This document shows, piece by piece, positions 37,837-45,753 of a stretch of DNA of 45,753 nucleotides. Within the stretch, counting starts at the first letter, position 1, and the number at the start of each line of letters is the position of its first letter. The position numbers and the translations under genes were made by a program. The notes beneath the pieces were generated by a model. The model made no database searches, was not told the origin of the DNA, and saw only the letters and a program-made list of their open reading frames with translations. The DNA is from Halanaerobiaceae bacterium (GTDB taxonomy: Bacteria > Bacillota > Halanaerobiia > Halanaerobiales > Halarsenatibacteraceae), in the NCBI GenBank assembly GCA_003554225.1, contig PWFW01000247.1, forward strand, positions 1 to 45,753. The letters are read 5' to 3'.

Positions 37837-38379
37837 TTATCCGGTCTTACCCTCTTTTCTCCTGATTCTTTCCTCGGCATATTTAATTCCTTTACCCTTG
37901 TAGGGTTCCGGCTCTCTGACAGACCTGATCCGGGCTGCCACATCACCGACCAGCTGTTTATCATTGCCGCTGACTGTAATGGTATTTTTCTTGCCCACTT
38001 CAAATTCTATATTACCCGGGGGTTCAATCACCACCGGATGAGAATAACCTCCCTCCAGCTGGAGTGATTTGCCCTGAAGCGAGGCACTGTAACCCACACC
38101 ATTCATCTCCAGCTTTTTGCTGAATCCTTTAGTTACTCCTTCAACCATGCTGTCAATTATACTCCGGGTCATGCCCTGGAGAGATTTATCTTCCTTGGAA
38201 TCGCTCTGGCGCTTTACCACTATCTCTTCAGCTGAGATATCCAGAGAGACTTTTTCATGAATCTTCCTGGTCAGCTCACCCCGGGGGCCCTTTACGGTAA
38301 GCTCCCCTCCCTTCAGGGATGCCTGAACCTTATCCGGCAGTTCTACCGGTAATTTTCCTATTCTGGACAATTTTGCCAC
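37837..38379 (-). CDS. rplF: 50S ribosomal protein L6
   Basis: 180 aa. SRIGKLPVELP N-terminus and spc-cluster position. Confidence 0.96.
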   Translation of the reverse strand: MAKLSRIGKLPVELPDKVQASLKGGELTVKGPRGELTRKIHEKVSLDISAEEIVVKRQSDSKEDKSLQGMTRSIIDSMVEGVTKGFSKKLEMNGVGYSASLQGKSLQLEGGYSHPVVIEPPGNIEFEVGKKNTITVSGNDKQLVGDVAARIRSVREPEPYKGKGIKYAEERIRRKEGKTG

Positions 38380-38401
38380 CTCCTCTTTACCAGTTAATTA
38401 T

Positions 38402-38800
38402 TTACCAGACATAGCAGAGAACTTCTCCGCCGATACCTTTCTCCCGGGCCTGCTTGTCGGAGAGGACTCCCTGAGAGGTTGAGATAATTGCCACTCCCAG
38501 ACCTCCCAGCACCCGGGGAATTTCATCTTTGCCGACATATACCCTCAATCCCGGTTTGCTGATTCTTTTCAGGCCGGTTATTACCTTCTCGCCGTTATCT
38601 CCATATTTGAGATAAAGTCTAATATCATTCTGAGGATGGCGATCAATCAGCTTGACATCCCGCACATAACCCTCTTCTTTAAGAATTTCGCCAATACCGT
38701 GTTTTATTTTGGAAGCCGGAATGTTAACCACACTTTTCTCAGCATTATTGGCATTCCGCACTCTGGTCAACATATCGGCAATAGGATCATTTATATTCAA
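38402..38800 (-). CDS. rpsH: 30S ribosomal protein S8
   Basis: 132 aa. [13 protein letters not shown] signature. Confidence 0.97.
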   Translation of the reverse strand: MNINDPIADMLTRVRNANNAEKSVVNIPASKIKHGIGEILKEEGYVRDVKLIDRHPQNDIRLYLKYGDNGEKVITGLKRISKPGLRVYVGKDEIPRVLGGLGVAIISTSQGVLSDKQAREKGIGGEVLCYVW

Positions 38801-38826
38801 AGAAAAAACCTCCTTTCATACTTGCT

Positions 38827-39012
38827 TTACCAGCTGGCTTTTTTTACTCCAGGAATCTCACCTTTATGGGCCAGTTCTCTAAAACAGATCCGGCAGAGAT
38901 CAAACTTTCTCATATAGCCTCTTACTCTACAACAGCGGCTGCATCTATTAACCTTCCGGGTGGAATATTTGGGTTCCCTGTTAGCTTTTTCAATTAAAGC
39001 CTTGCGGGCCAC
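38827..39012 (-). CDS. rpsZ: 30S ribosomal protein S14 type Z (Zn-binding)
   Basis: 61 aa with CSRCC...CRIC Cys pairs and the C-terminal KASW. Confidence 0.96.
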   Translation of the reverse strand: MARKALIEKANREPKYSTRKVNRCSRCCRVRGYMRKFDLCRICFRELAHKGEIPGVKKASW

Positions 39013-39060
39013 AGCTTATCCCTCCTTAAATTTTTTGTTGCCATCTTACCTGCTTTTAAT

Positions 39061-39600
39061 CTACCTTTTGAAGGGCATATTCATCTGGCTGAGCAGCTCA
39101 AAAGCCTCTTCATCTGTCTCAGCTGTTGTCACAATGGTAACCTGCATGCCAAACACTTCATCAACCTCATCTACCTTGATTTCAGGAAATACGGTATGAT
39201 TGCTGATACCCAGGCTGTAATTACCCCGTCCATCAAAGGAGTTGGGTGATATCCCCCTGAAGTCCCGGACCCGGGGGAAGGTAATATTAATCAGCTTGTA
39301 AAGAAATTCGTACATTAACCGGCCTCGCAGGGTAACCTTGAGACCTACCGGCATGCCCTCCCGGATTTTAAAATTGGCAATTGCCTTTTTTGCCCGGGTA
39401 ACTGTGGGACGCTGACCGGTTATTCTGGCAACATCCTCTATGGCAGCATCCAGCAGTTTATTATCCTCCTTGGCATCTCCCAGACCTACATTGATAATGA
39501 TTTTATCAATCTGGGGAGCTTCCATAACATTTTCATAATCAAATTTATCTACCAGCACGGGACGGATTTCTTCCCGGTATTCTTTAGCCAGCACAGACAT
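39061..39600 (-). CDS. rplE: 50S ribosomal protein L5
   Basis: 179 aa. The sequence and the spc-cluster position match L5. Confidence 0.97.
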   Translation of the reverse strand: MSVLAKEYREEIRPVLVDKFDYENVMEAPQIDKIIINVGLGDAKEDNKLLDAAIEDVARITGQRPTVTRAKKAIANFKIREGMPVGLKVTLRGRLMYEFLYKLINITFPRVRDFRGISPNSFDGRGNYSLGISNHTVFPEIKVDEVDEVFGMQVTIVTTAETDEEAFELLSQMNMPFKR

Positions 39601-39625
39601 ATCTTGGACCTCCTTCCTTCAAAGC

Positions 39626-39955
39626 TTAATTATCAATTATCTCATCACATTTTTTGCAGTAACGAACCTTCTCTCTGCCGTCTTCGGCACTGCCAGAAAT
39701 AAATCTGTAGCCTATCCGGCTCTTCTCATCACAGCCAGGACAAACTAGCATAACATTGGATACATGGATCGGGCCCTCATTCTCGATAATGCCGCCCTGC
39801 TGCATTTCCTGGCTGGGCCGCATATGTCGATAGATAATATTTGCGCCTTCAACAATTACCCGATCCTTCTCCCGATCAACGCTTAAAATCTCTCCGCGTT
39901 TACCTTTATCCTTACCAGCTATAATCTCTACCTGGTCTCCTTTTTTAACCTTCAC
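39626..39955 (-). CDS. rplX: 50S ribosomal protein L24 (with C-terminal CxxC...CxxC)
   Basis: 109 aa. MKVKKGDQVEIIAGKDKGKRG KOW motif, then CPGC (aa 72-75) and CKKC (aa 100-103). Confidence 0.96.
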   Translation of the reverse strand: MKVKKGDQVEIIAGKDKGKRGEILSVDREKDRVIVEGANIIYRHMRPSQEMQQGGIIENEGPIHVSNVMLVCPGCDEKSRIGYRFISGSAEDGREKVRYCKKCDEIIDN

Positions 39956-39974
39956 CGGCTGCCCCTCCTTTACG

Positions 39975-40343
39975 CTATAATACTTCCGGTGCCAGAGAAA
40001 TTATCTTCATATAGTTTTTCTCACGTAATTCCCTGGTCACAGGACCAAAAATCCTGGTTCCCTTGGGGTTGTTAACATCATCCATAATCACAGCTGCGTT
40101 CTCATCAAACTTTATATATGAACCATCCGGACGCCTGGTTTCCTTCTTGGTCCGAACAATTAAAGCTCTAACAATATCACCTTTTTTGACCATGCCGTCA
40201 GGAATTGCTTCCTTGACGCTGCAGATGATCTCTTCTCCAACGCCAGCATATCTCTTCCTGGTACCTCCAGGAACCTTAATGCAGAGAAGTTCCCGGGCTC
40301 CAGAATTATCCGCTACCCTGAGGCGGCTTTCCACCTGGATCAT
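39975..40343 (-). CDS. rplN: 50S ribosomal protein L14
   Basis: [17 protein letters not shown]-terminus. I trimmed the start to the ATG at 40343, giving 122 aa. Confidence 0.97.
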   Translation of the reverse strand: MIQVESRLRVADNSGARELLCIKVPGGTRKRYAGVGEEIICSVKEAIPDGMVKKGDIVRALIVRTKKETRRPDGSYIKFDENAAVIMDDVNNPKGTRIFGPVTRELREKNYMKIISLAPEVL

Positions 40344-40372
40344 CGTATACACCCCTTTACTTACCGGTTAAT

Positions 40373-40633
40373 TTACTTGGCTTTTTCTAAAACTTCAATA
40401 ACCCGCCATCTCTTGGTCTTGCTTAAGGGTCGGGTTTCTCTAATTTTAACCTTATCTCCCTCGCTGCAGGTGTTATCTTCATCATGGGCTTTAAATTTTT
40501 TGGTTCTTTTGATAACCCTTTTATAGAGAGGATGCTGCTTTCGCCTTTCTACGGCTACAGTCACAGTCTTATCCATTTTATCGCTTACTACATAACCAAT
40601 CTCTTCTTTTCTTTCCCTTTTCTCAACTGCCAT
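40373..40633 (-). CDS. rpsQ: 30S ribosomal protein S17
   Basis: 86 aa. [14 protein letters not shown]...HPLYKR signature. Confidence 0.97.
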   Translation of the reverse strand: MAVEKRERKEEIGYVVSDKMDKTVTVAVERRKQHPLYKRVIKRTKKFKAHDEDNTCSEGDKVKIRETRPLSKTKRWRVIEVLEKAK

Positions 40634-40656
40634 AATAAACCTCCCTTCCGGTTATC

Positions 40657-40863
40657 CTAGGCCTCTCTCTTCAAACCCAGTTCTCGTTCTCGCAAAATCG
40701 TCTTGATTCTGGCAATTGTTCTTTTGACCTGTCTGATCCTCATGGGATTATCAAGCCGGGCAGTTGCATGCTGAAATCTTAAATTAAAGAGCTCTTCTTT
40801 AAATTCATCCAGCTTCTGTTCCAGTTCCAGGTCTGTCATATTTCTTAATTCATCAGCCCTCAT
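40657..40863 (-). CDS. rpmC: 50S ribosomal protein L29
   Basis: [14 protein letters not shown]...[10 protein letters not shown] signature. I trimmed the start to the ATG at 40863 (GGTGGTGAG RBS), which overlaps the end of rplP by 11 nt. Confidence 0.95.
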   Translation of the reverse strand: MRADELRNMTDLELEQKLDEFKEELFNLRFQHATARLDNPMRIRQVKRTIARIKTILRERELGLKREA

Positions 40864-41281
40864 TGGACTCACCACCATCTCTTGCAACAAATTTAGTTTT
40901 GATCGGGAGTTTGTGCGAGGCCAGCCTCATGGCTTCCCGGGCCATCTCTTCATCAATACCGGCTATCTCAAACATTATTCTTCCGGGTTTAACAACAGCA
41001 ACCCAGTTTTCCACTGCTCCCTTGCCGCTGCCCATTCTGGTTTCGGCAGGTTTCTGGGTAACAGGTTTATCGGGAAAGATCTTAACCCAGACCTTTCCGC
41101 CCCGCTTGATATGCCGGGTTAAAGCAATTCTAGCAGCCTCAATCTGTCTATTGGTAATCCAGGCCGGTTCAAGAGCCTGCAGACCGTATTCACCGAAGGT
41201 AACATTGGTGCCTTTAACGGCTTTGCCCTTCATTCTACCCCGGTGCTGTTTGCGATGTTTAACTCTTTTTGGGACGAGCAT
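40853..41281 (-). CDS. rplP: 50S ribosomal protein L16
   Basis: 142 aa. [19 protein letters not shown] signature. Confidence 0.97.
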   Translation of the reverse strand: MLVPKRVKHRKQHRGRMKGKAVKGTNVTFGEYGLQALEPAWITNRQIEAARIALTRHIKRGGKVWVKIFPDKPVTQKPAETRMGSGKGAVENWVAVVKPGRIMFEIAGIDEEMAREAMRLASHKLPIKTKFVARDGGESNEG

Positions 41282-41311
41282 TCTGCTGCCTCCTTTCTCC
41301 TGAAAATTACC

Positions 41312-41956
41312 CTAGTCTTCCTCAACTTCAGGTAATATTTCTCCTTTATTAATCCAGACTTTAACTCCAATTGTCCCGTAGGTTGTCTTGGCTTCAGCAA
41401 AACCATAATCAATATCTGCTCTCAGGGTGTGAAGAGGAACAGAACCTTCGCTGTAACCCTCTCTTCTGGCCATCTCAGCCCCGCCTAACCGGCCGCTGCT
41501 CTGCACTCTAAAGCCTTCAGCGCCCATACGCATGGCTCGATTCATAGCCTGCTTCATGGCCCGGCGAAAGGAGACCCTTTTTAAGAGCTGAGCGGCAATA
41601 GCCTCTGCCACCAGCTGGGCATCCAGTTCGGGATTATCAACTTCAACTACATTAATCTGAGCGGTTTTGCCGGTCATGTTTTCAATATCCTGTCTTAGAG
41701 CATCAACTTCTGAACCGCCTCTACCGATCACCATACCGGGGCGGGCAGTATATATGTCGATTTTAAGTTTCTTGGCGGCCCGTTCAATTACAATTCGAGA
41801 TATTCCAGCATCGAACATCTTCTCTTTGATGTGCTCTCGCACTTCCAGGTCTTCATGGAGGAGTTCGGAGTAATCCTTACTGTCAGCATACCATTTGGCA
41901 TCCCAGTCCTTAATCACTCCAACCCTGAGACCGTGGGGATGGACTTTTTGTCCCAA
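41312..41956 (-). CDS. rpsC: 30S ribosomal protein S3
   Basis: 214 aa. [13 protein letters not shown] signature. Confidence 0.97.
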   Translation of the reverse strand: MGQKVHPHGLRVGVIKDWDAKWYADSKDYSELLHEDLEVREHIKEKMFDAGISRIVIERAAKKLKIDIYTARPGMVIGRGGSEVDALRQDIENMTGKTAQINVVEVDNPELDAQLVAEAIAAQLLKRVSFRRAMKQAMNRAMRMGAEGFRVQSSGRLGGAEMARREGYSEGSVPLHTLRADIDYGFAEAKTTYGTIGVKVWINKGEILPEVEED

Positions 41957-41958
41957 AT

Positions 41959-42300
41959 TTATCCCTCCTTCTTTTCTTTTAACACAATAGTTATATGACT
42001 TGTTCTCTTGCGAATCATTGAAGCCTGACCCATGGCCCGCGGCCGATACCTTTTCATGGTAGGACCCTCATCAACATAGGCCTCGGCAACATAAAGGTCC
42101 TCAACAATCATGTCATGATTGTGCTCGGCATTTGCCATGGCGGAATTGATTACCTTTTCTATCATTCCTGAAGCTTTTTTGGGTGTGTTTTTCAAAACAG
42201 CGACAGCATCCCCAACCTCTTTATCCCGAACCAGGTCGATCACCTGACGGGCCTTGCGGGGAGATATTCTCACAAATTTGGCAACAGCTTTTGCCTCCAT
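41959..42300 (-). CDS. rplV: 50S ribosomal protein L22
   Basis: 113 aa. [15 protein letters not shown] signature. Confidence 0.97.
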   Translation of the reverse strand: MEAKAVAKFVRISPRKARQVIDLVRDKEVGDAVAVLKNTPKKASGMIEKVINSAMANAEHNHDMIVEDLYVAEAYVDEGPTMKRYRPRAMGQASMIRKRTSHITIVLKEKKEG

Positions 42301-42365
42301 CCTTAAACCCCCTTCATCTCAAGCAGTGAACATAATTCTCAGAATTTCGATGTCCTCATCTGTAG

Positions 42366-42653
42366 TTATTTTAAAGCAGTTGATCTTTCACTGTGGCGGC
42401 TGTGAGATCTAAAGATTCTGGTGGGAGCAAATTCCCCCAGTTTATGGCCTACCATCTCCTCAGTAATAAAAACCGGCACATGCTTGCGGCCGTCGTGAAT
42501 GGCAATGGTGTGACCGACCATTTCCGGATAGATGGTTGAGCTCCGGGACCAGCTTCTAATCACTTCCTTCTCGCCGCTCTCATTCATCTCTTCTATTTTT
42601 TGCATTAATTTTTCTTCAACAAAGGGACCATTTTGATATGCTCTTTTAGCCAA
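42366..42653 (-). CDS. rpsS: 30S ribosomal protein S19
   Basis: GPFVEEKL...[27 protein letters not shown] signature. I preferred the TTG start at 42653 (GGGGGA plus 7 nt), giving [11 protein letters not shown]. The ORF-track GTG at 42659 has only 2 nt of spacing to the RBS. Confidence 0.95.
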   Translation of the reverse strand: MAKRAYQNGPFVEEKLMQKIEEMNESGEKEVIRSWSRSSTIYPEMVGHTIAIHDGRKHVPVFITEEMVGHKLGEFAPTRIFRSHSRHSERSTALK

Positions 42654-42674
42654 GATCACATCCCCCTTTCTGGT

Positions 42675-43508
42675 TTAGCGTTTTTTCGCCTTGCGAGATT
42701 TTACTATCAATTTATCAGATTTCTTGGTTTTTCGGGTCTTCTTACCCATAGTTTTCTGTCCCCAGGGAGTAACCGGGTGTCTTCCAGCAGGTGACTTACC
42801 TTCGCCACCGCCATGGGGATGGTCATGGGGATTCATGACAACACCTCTGACACTGGGCCTTTTCCCCTTCCAGCGAGCTCTTCCAGCTTTACCGACTATG
42901 ATGTTCTCGTGCTCAATATTGCCAACCTGTCCTACAGTAGCCTTGCAGTCCCGGCGCAGCATCCTGACTTCGCCCGAGGGCATTTTAACGGTGCAGTACT
43001 TGTCTTCCTTGGCCAGTATCTGTGCCATGGTGCCGGCCGAACGGGCTATCTGACCGCCCCGACCGGGCTGCATTTCAATATTATGCACAATGGTACCGAC
43101 GGGAATATCCTTTAGTTTCAGGGCATTACCCGGTTTAATATCGGCATCTTCACCGGTCTCCAGCACATCCCCCACCTGAACCCTGTTGGGCGCCAGGATA
43201 TAGCGCTTTTCACCGTCGTAGTAGGTTAAAAGAGCAATCCGGGCTGAACGGTTGGGATCATATTCAATGCTGCTGACTTTAGCCGGAACACCATCTTTAT
43301 CTCTTTTAAAATCAATAATCCGGTAACGCCTTTTGTGTCCTCCACCCCGGCGCCGGGAGGTGATTCTGCCGTTGACATTCCTTCCTCCGCTTTTTTTCAT
43401 CCGCGCCAGCAAGCTCTTTTCTGGTTCTGTTTTGGTTATCTCCTTAAAATCAGAAACAGTCATATATCTTCTGGAAGGAGTGGTAGGCTTAAATTTTTTA
43501 ATAGCCAT
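42675..43508 (-). CDS. rplB: 50S ribosomal protein L2
   Basis: 277 aa. [15 protein letters not shown]-terminus and the HPHGGGEG motif. Confidence 0.98.
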   Translation of the reverse strand: MAIKKFKPTTPSRRYMTVSDFKEITKTEPEKSLLARMKKSGGRNVNGRITSRRRGGGHKRRYRIIDFKRDKDGVPAKVSSIEYDPNRSARIALLTYYDGEKRYILAPNRVQVGDVLETGEDADIKPGNALKLKDIPVGTIVHNIEMQPGRGGQIARSAGTMAQILAKEDKYCTVKMPSGEVRMLRRDCKATVGQVGNIEHENIIVGKAGRARWKGKRPSVRGVVMNPHDHPHGGGEGKSPAGRHPVTPWGQKTMGKKTRKTKKSDKLIVKSRKAKKR

Positions 43509-43620
43509 TTTCTGTAACCCTCCTTTGATTCCTGTAATTTATGATTGGATTAACCGGCTACCTGCCGGCCTCTTATAATAGATCTGCTAACCTTGCCTTC
43601 AAAACCCCTGACAAAACTCC

Positions 43621-43914
43621 TTAGATACCCTCAAAAATTTCAATCGAATCATCTTCATGAAGTCTGACAACTGCCTTTTTCCAGTCCTTCCTCTTACCTT
43701 CGGTAAAGCCCAGTCTTCTCTTCTTGCCTCTCATATTCATGGTATTAACCTTTTCAACCTTGACATTGAAAATCTGTTCCACAGCCCGTTTGATCTGAAC
43801 CTTGTTGGCATCAGGGGCTACTTCAAAGGTGTAGGCATTATTTTCCTCCATCACCTTCATGCTCTTTTCAGTTACCAGAGGTTGAATAATCACATCGCGG
43901 AGATCACTCATCAA
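43621..43914 (-). CDS. rplW: 50S ribosomal protein L23
   Basis: 97 aa. [11 protein letters not shown] and KVQIKRAVE motifs. It overlaps the end of rplD. Confidence 0.96.
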   Translation of the reverse strand: MMSDLRDVIIQPLVTEKSMKVMEENNAYTFEVAPDANKVQIKRAVEQIFNVKVEKVNTMNMRGKKRRLGFTEGKRKDWKKAVVRLHEDDSIEIFEGI

Positions 43915-44536
43915 TCAGCACCTCCTCAAGTTTGGCCAGAGCAGCCTCCGGCAGAAGAATCATTTCGTTATTCAAAAGATCAAAGGCATTAACCGCTCCG
44001 GCAACCATGGTCTTCACCCGGGGAAGATTTCTAAAGGAAAGATAGCTGTTTTCGTCCTTCTCCGGCAGAATAACCAGCACCTTTTTATCGGCCAGGCCCA
44101 GGTTTTCCAGCAGCTTTCTGGCTTCTCTGGTTTTGGGCTCGGTAAATTCAAGCTTATCAATTATCTTAAGCTCTTCATTTTCATATTTGGAGCTCAGGAT
44201 AGAACGATAGGCCAGCTTCTTTACCTTGCGGTTAATCTTCTTCTCATAGGAGCGCGGTTTAGGACCAAAGGTTACGCCACCGCCCACCCAGAGCGGGGAA
44301 CGGATACTGCCGTGACGGGCCCGGCCGGTGCCTTTCTGTCTCCAGGGTTTGCGCCCTCCTCCCCGCTTTTCCGGGCGGGTTTTTGTGGAGGCATTGCCCT
44401 GACGGCGGGCTGCCAGCTGAGCGTTAACAACCTCGTGAACCACCGGCTCATTGATCTCTTCCTGGAATATTTCATCCTGTAAATCTATCTCTTCCAGCAG
44501 CTCTCCGCTGGAATTAAATTTGCCTAGTTGTGGCAT
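43904..44536 (-). CDS. rplD: 50S ribosomal protein L4
   Basis: 210 aa. [23 protein letters not shown] signature. Confidence 0.97.
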   Translation of the reverse strand: MPQLGKFNSSGELLEEIDLQDEIFQEEINEPVVHEVVNAQLAARRQGNASTKTRPEKRGGGRKPWRQKGTGRARHGSIRSPLWVGGGVTFGPKPRSYEKKINRKVKKLAYRSILSSKYENEELKIIDKLEFTEPKTREARKLLENLGLADKKVLVILPEKDENSYLSFRNLPRVKTMVAGAVNAFDLLNNEMILLPEAALAKLEEVLIDE

Positions 44537-44569
44537 CTAAAAGTCTCCTCCTTCCTCTCCGATATTAAA

Positions 44570-45190
44570 CTACTGACTGAGCTCTATGGTCAGGATGCTC
44601 TTCTTCGGCCCCGGCACAGAACCCTTGACCAGAATAACATTATCCTCAGGACGCAGAGAAACAATTTCTAAATTTTTAATCTTAACCTGATCATGGCCCA
44701 TTCTTCCCGGCAGTTTCTGTCCCTTAAAGACCCGGGAAGCATCGGTCGATCCGATCGATCCGGGAGCCCGGTACATTCTGGAACCATGAGTTTTCGGTCC
44801 GGTAGCATGATTATGGCGCTTAACATTACCGGAAAAGCCTTTACCTTTACTTACTCCGGAAACATTCACCAGCTCACCTTCGGAAAAAATTTCAAGATTA
44901 ATTTCATCACCGGGCTGGTAATCATCGCCATCAAAGTTTCTAAACTCCCGCAGATGTCTGCGGGGTTCGGCATTTAATTTATTGAAAATTCCCCGTTCAG
45001 GTTTATTCAATTTTGCCGGTTTAACCTTTTCAAAGGCCAGCTGCAGGGCACTGTAGCCATCCTTCTCTTCAGTCCTCACTTCGGTTACCAGACAGGGACC
45101 GGCTTCTATTACAGTAACCGGGACCAGCTCTCCTTCAGGAGAGAAAACCTGGGTCATTCCCAGTTTCTTGCCAATTAAACCCTTTGCCAT
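44570..45190 (-). CDS. rplC: 50S ribosomal protein L3
   Basis: 206 aa. GLIGKKLGMTQVF N-terminus. Confidence 0.97.
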   Translation of the reverse strand: MAKGLIGKKLGMTQVFSPEGELVPVTVIEAGPCLVTEVRTEEKDGYSALQLAFEKVKPAKLNKPERGIFNKLNAEPRRHLREFRNFDGDDYQPGDEINLEIFSEGELVNVSGVSKGKGFSGNVKRHNHATGPKTHGSRMYRAPGSIGSTDASRVFKGQKLPGRMGHDQVKIKNLEIVSLRPEDNVILVKGSVPGPKKSILTIELSQ

Positions 45191-45220
45191 TCTCCTTGCA
45201 CCTCCAATCTAACAGGACTA

Positions 45221-45532
45221 TTAAAGTTTAATTTCAATATTTACCCCGGCAGGCAGATCCAGCCTCATCAGGGCATCTACAGTTTTGGAATTTGGCTTTA
45301 AAATATCAATAAGACGTTTATGAGTTCTCATTTCAAACTGTTCTCTGGCATCTTTATGAACATGAGGTGATCTCAGCACGGTAAAAATTTCCTTCTCAGT
45401 GGGAAGAGGAACAGGCCCGGAAATATTTGCCCCGGTCCTTTCTGCTGTATCCACAATTTTTTTAGCAGATTTATCCAGAAGCTCATGTTCATATGCCTTC
45501 AGTTTGATCCGAATCTTTTCTTGATTGGCCAT
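45221..45532 (-). CDS. rpsJ: 30S ribosomal protein S10
   Basis: 103 aa. [11 protein letters not shown]...[15 protein letters not shown] signature. Confidence 0.97.
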   Translation of the reverse strand: MANQEKIRIKLKAYEHELLDKSAKKIVDTAERTGANISGPVPLPTEKEIFTVLRSPHVHKDAREQFEMRTHKRLIDILKPNSKTVDALMRLDLPAGVNIEIKL

Positions 45533-45575
45533 CTTCTTACCTCCTTTTACTGTTCAAGCTGGAGACTCAAAGCGG

Positions 45576-45603
45576 AGAAAAAGCCAGGGGAAATCCCCTG
45601 CCT
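45576..45603 (-). terminator. Intrinsic terminator/attenuator between tuf and rpsJ
   Basis: CAGGGGATTTCCCCTG hairpin followed by GCTTTTTCTCC on the - strand, 14 nt after the tuf stop. Confidence 0.7.
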
Positions 45604-45617
45604 TTTCTCAGCCGCTG

Positions 45618-45753
45618 TTACTGATCAATACTGGTAATGACGCCGGCACCTACGGTATTGCCGCCCTCTCTGATCGCAAAACGCAGACCCTCTTCCATCG
45701 CTATCGGGGTGATCAGCTCGGCGCTCATCTCAACATTATCTCCCGGCATTACC
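45618..45753 (-). CDS. tuf: Elongation factor Tu, 3'-terminal fragment (gene continues beyond the window)
   Basis: Hand translation gives [44 protein letters not shown] followed by a stop, which is the canonical EF-Tu C-terminus. Confidence 0.95.
   Translation of the reverse strand, partial: VMPGDNVEMSAELITPIAMEEGLRFAIREGGNTVGAGVITSIDQ

Noticed and set aside
38827-39012. Short (61-aa) S14, as a possible truncated pseudogene.
   Set aside because: This is the normal type Z Zn-binding S14 (CxxC...CxxC) found in the spc operon of many Bacillota.

Overview
This is a 45.7-kb chromosomal core segment of a Bacillota (Firmicutes)-type genome. Supporting markers are CIRCE-groESL, a glmS ribozyme, an ndoAI/ndoA-type MazEF pair and the gene order S10-spc-alpha-ecf-truA-rplM-rpsI. 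One tRNA-Pro(CGG) lies on the + strand at the left edge; every other gene I can support (about 70 CDS) is on the - strand. In the direction of transcription (right to left) the window contains:
- the 3' end of tuf;
- the rpsJ...rplQ ribosomal-protein/secY/adk/map/infA/rpoA super-operon, with no rpmD;
- ecfA1-ecfA2-ecfT-truA-rplM-rpsI;
- a LigB/MEMO-like + AMMECR1 + radical-SAM trio (AmmeMemoRadiSam type) running into glmM;
- glmS ribozyme-glmS-acpS-nnr-CBS-dcd, followed by a DbpA-domain SF1 helicase-like gene with substituted ATPase motifs;
- a strong promoter driving a 49-codon sORF (absent from the ORF track) plus mazE-mazF;
- asparaginase-II-family and amidohydrolase genes coupled to tsaE-tsaB-tsaD and a radical-SAM/PDZ/DUF512 gene;
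- CIRCE-groES-groEL;
- guaA-yerC;
- a PfoR-like membrane protein plus a COG2509 FAD protein.
I saw no CRISPR array, transposase, integrase, phage genes or recognisable defence island. This is mostly ordinary housekeeping DNA, and I do not see a convincing new multi-gene system. Four items deserve a second look:
- the predicted ATPase-dead helicase next to the sORF-MazEF cassette (13.8-17.0 kb);
- the function-unknown AmmeMemoRadiSam-like trio abutting glmM;
- the apparent extension of the glmS-ribozyme-controlled transcript into acpS/nnr/dcd;
- the rSAM-PDZ-DUF512 gene at the tail of the tsa operon.
All family assignments are by-eye motif recognition; no database search was run.
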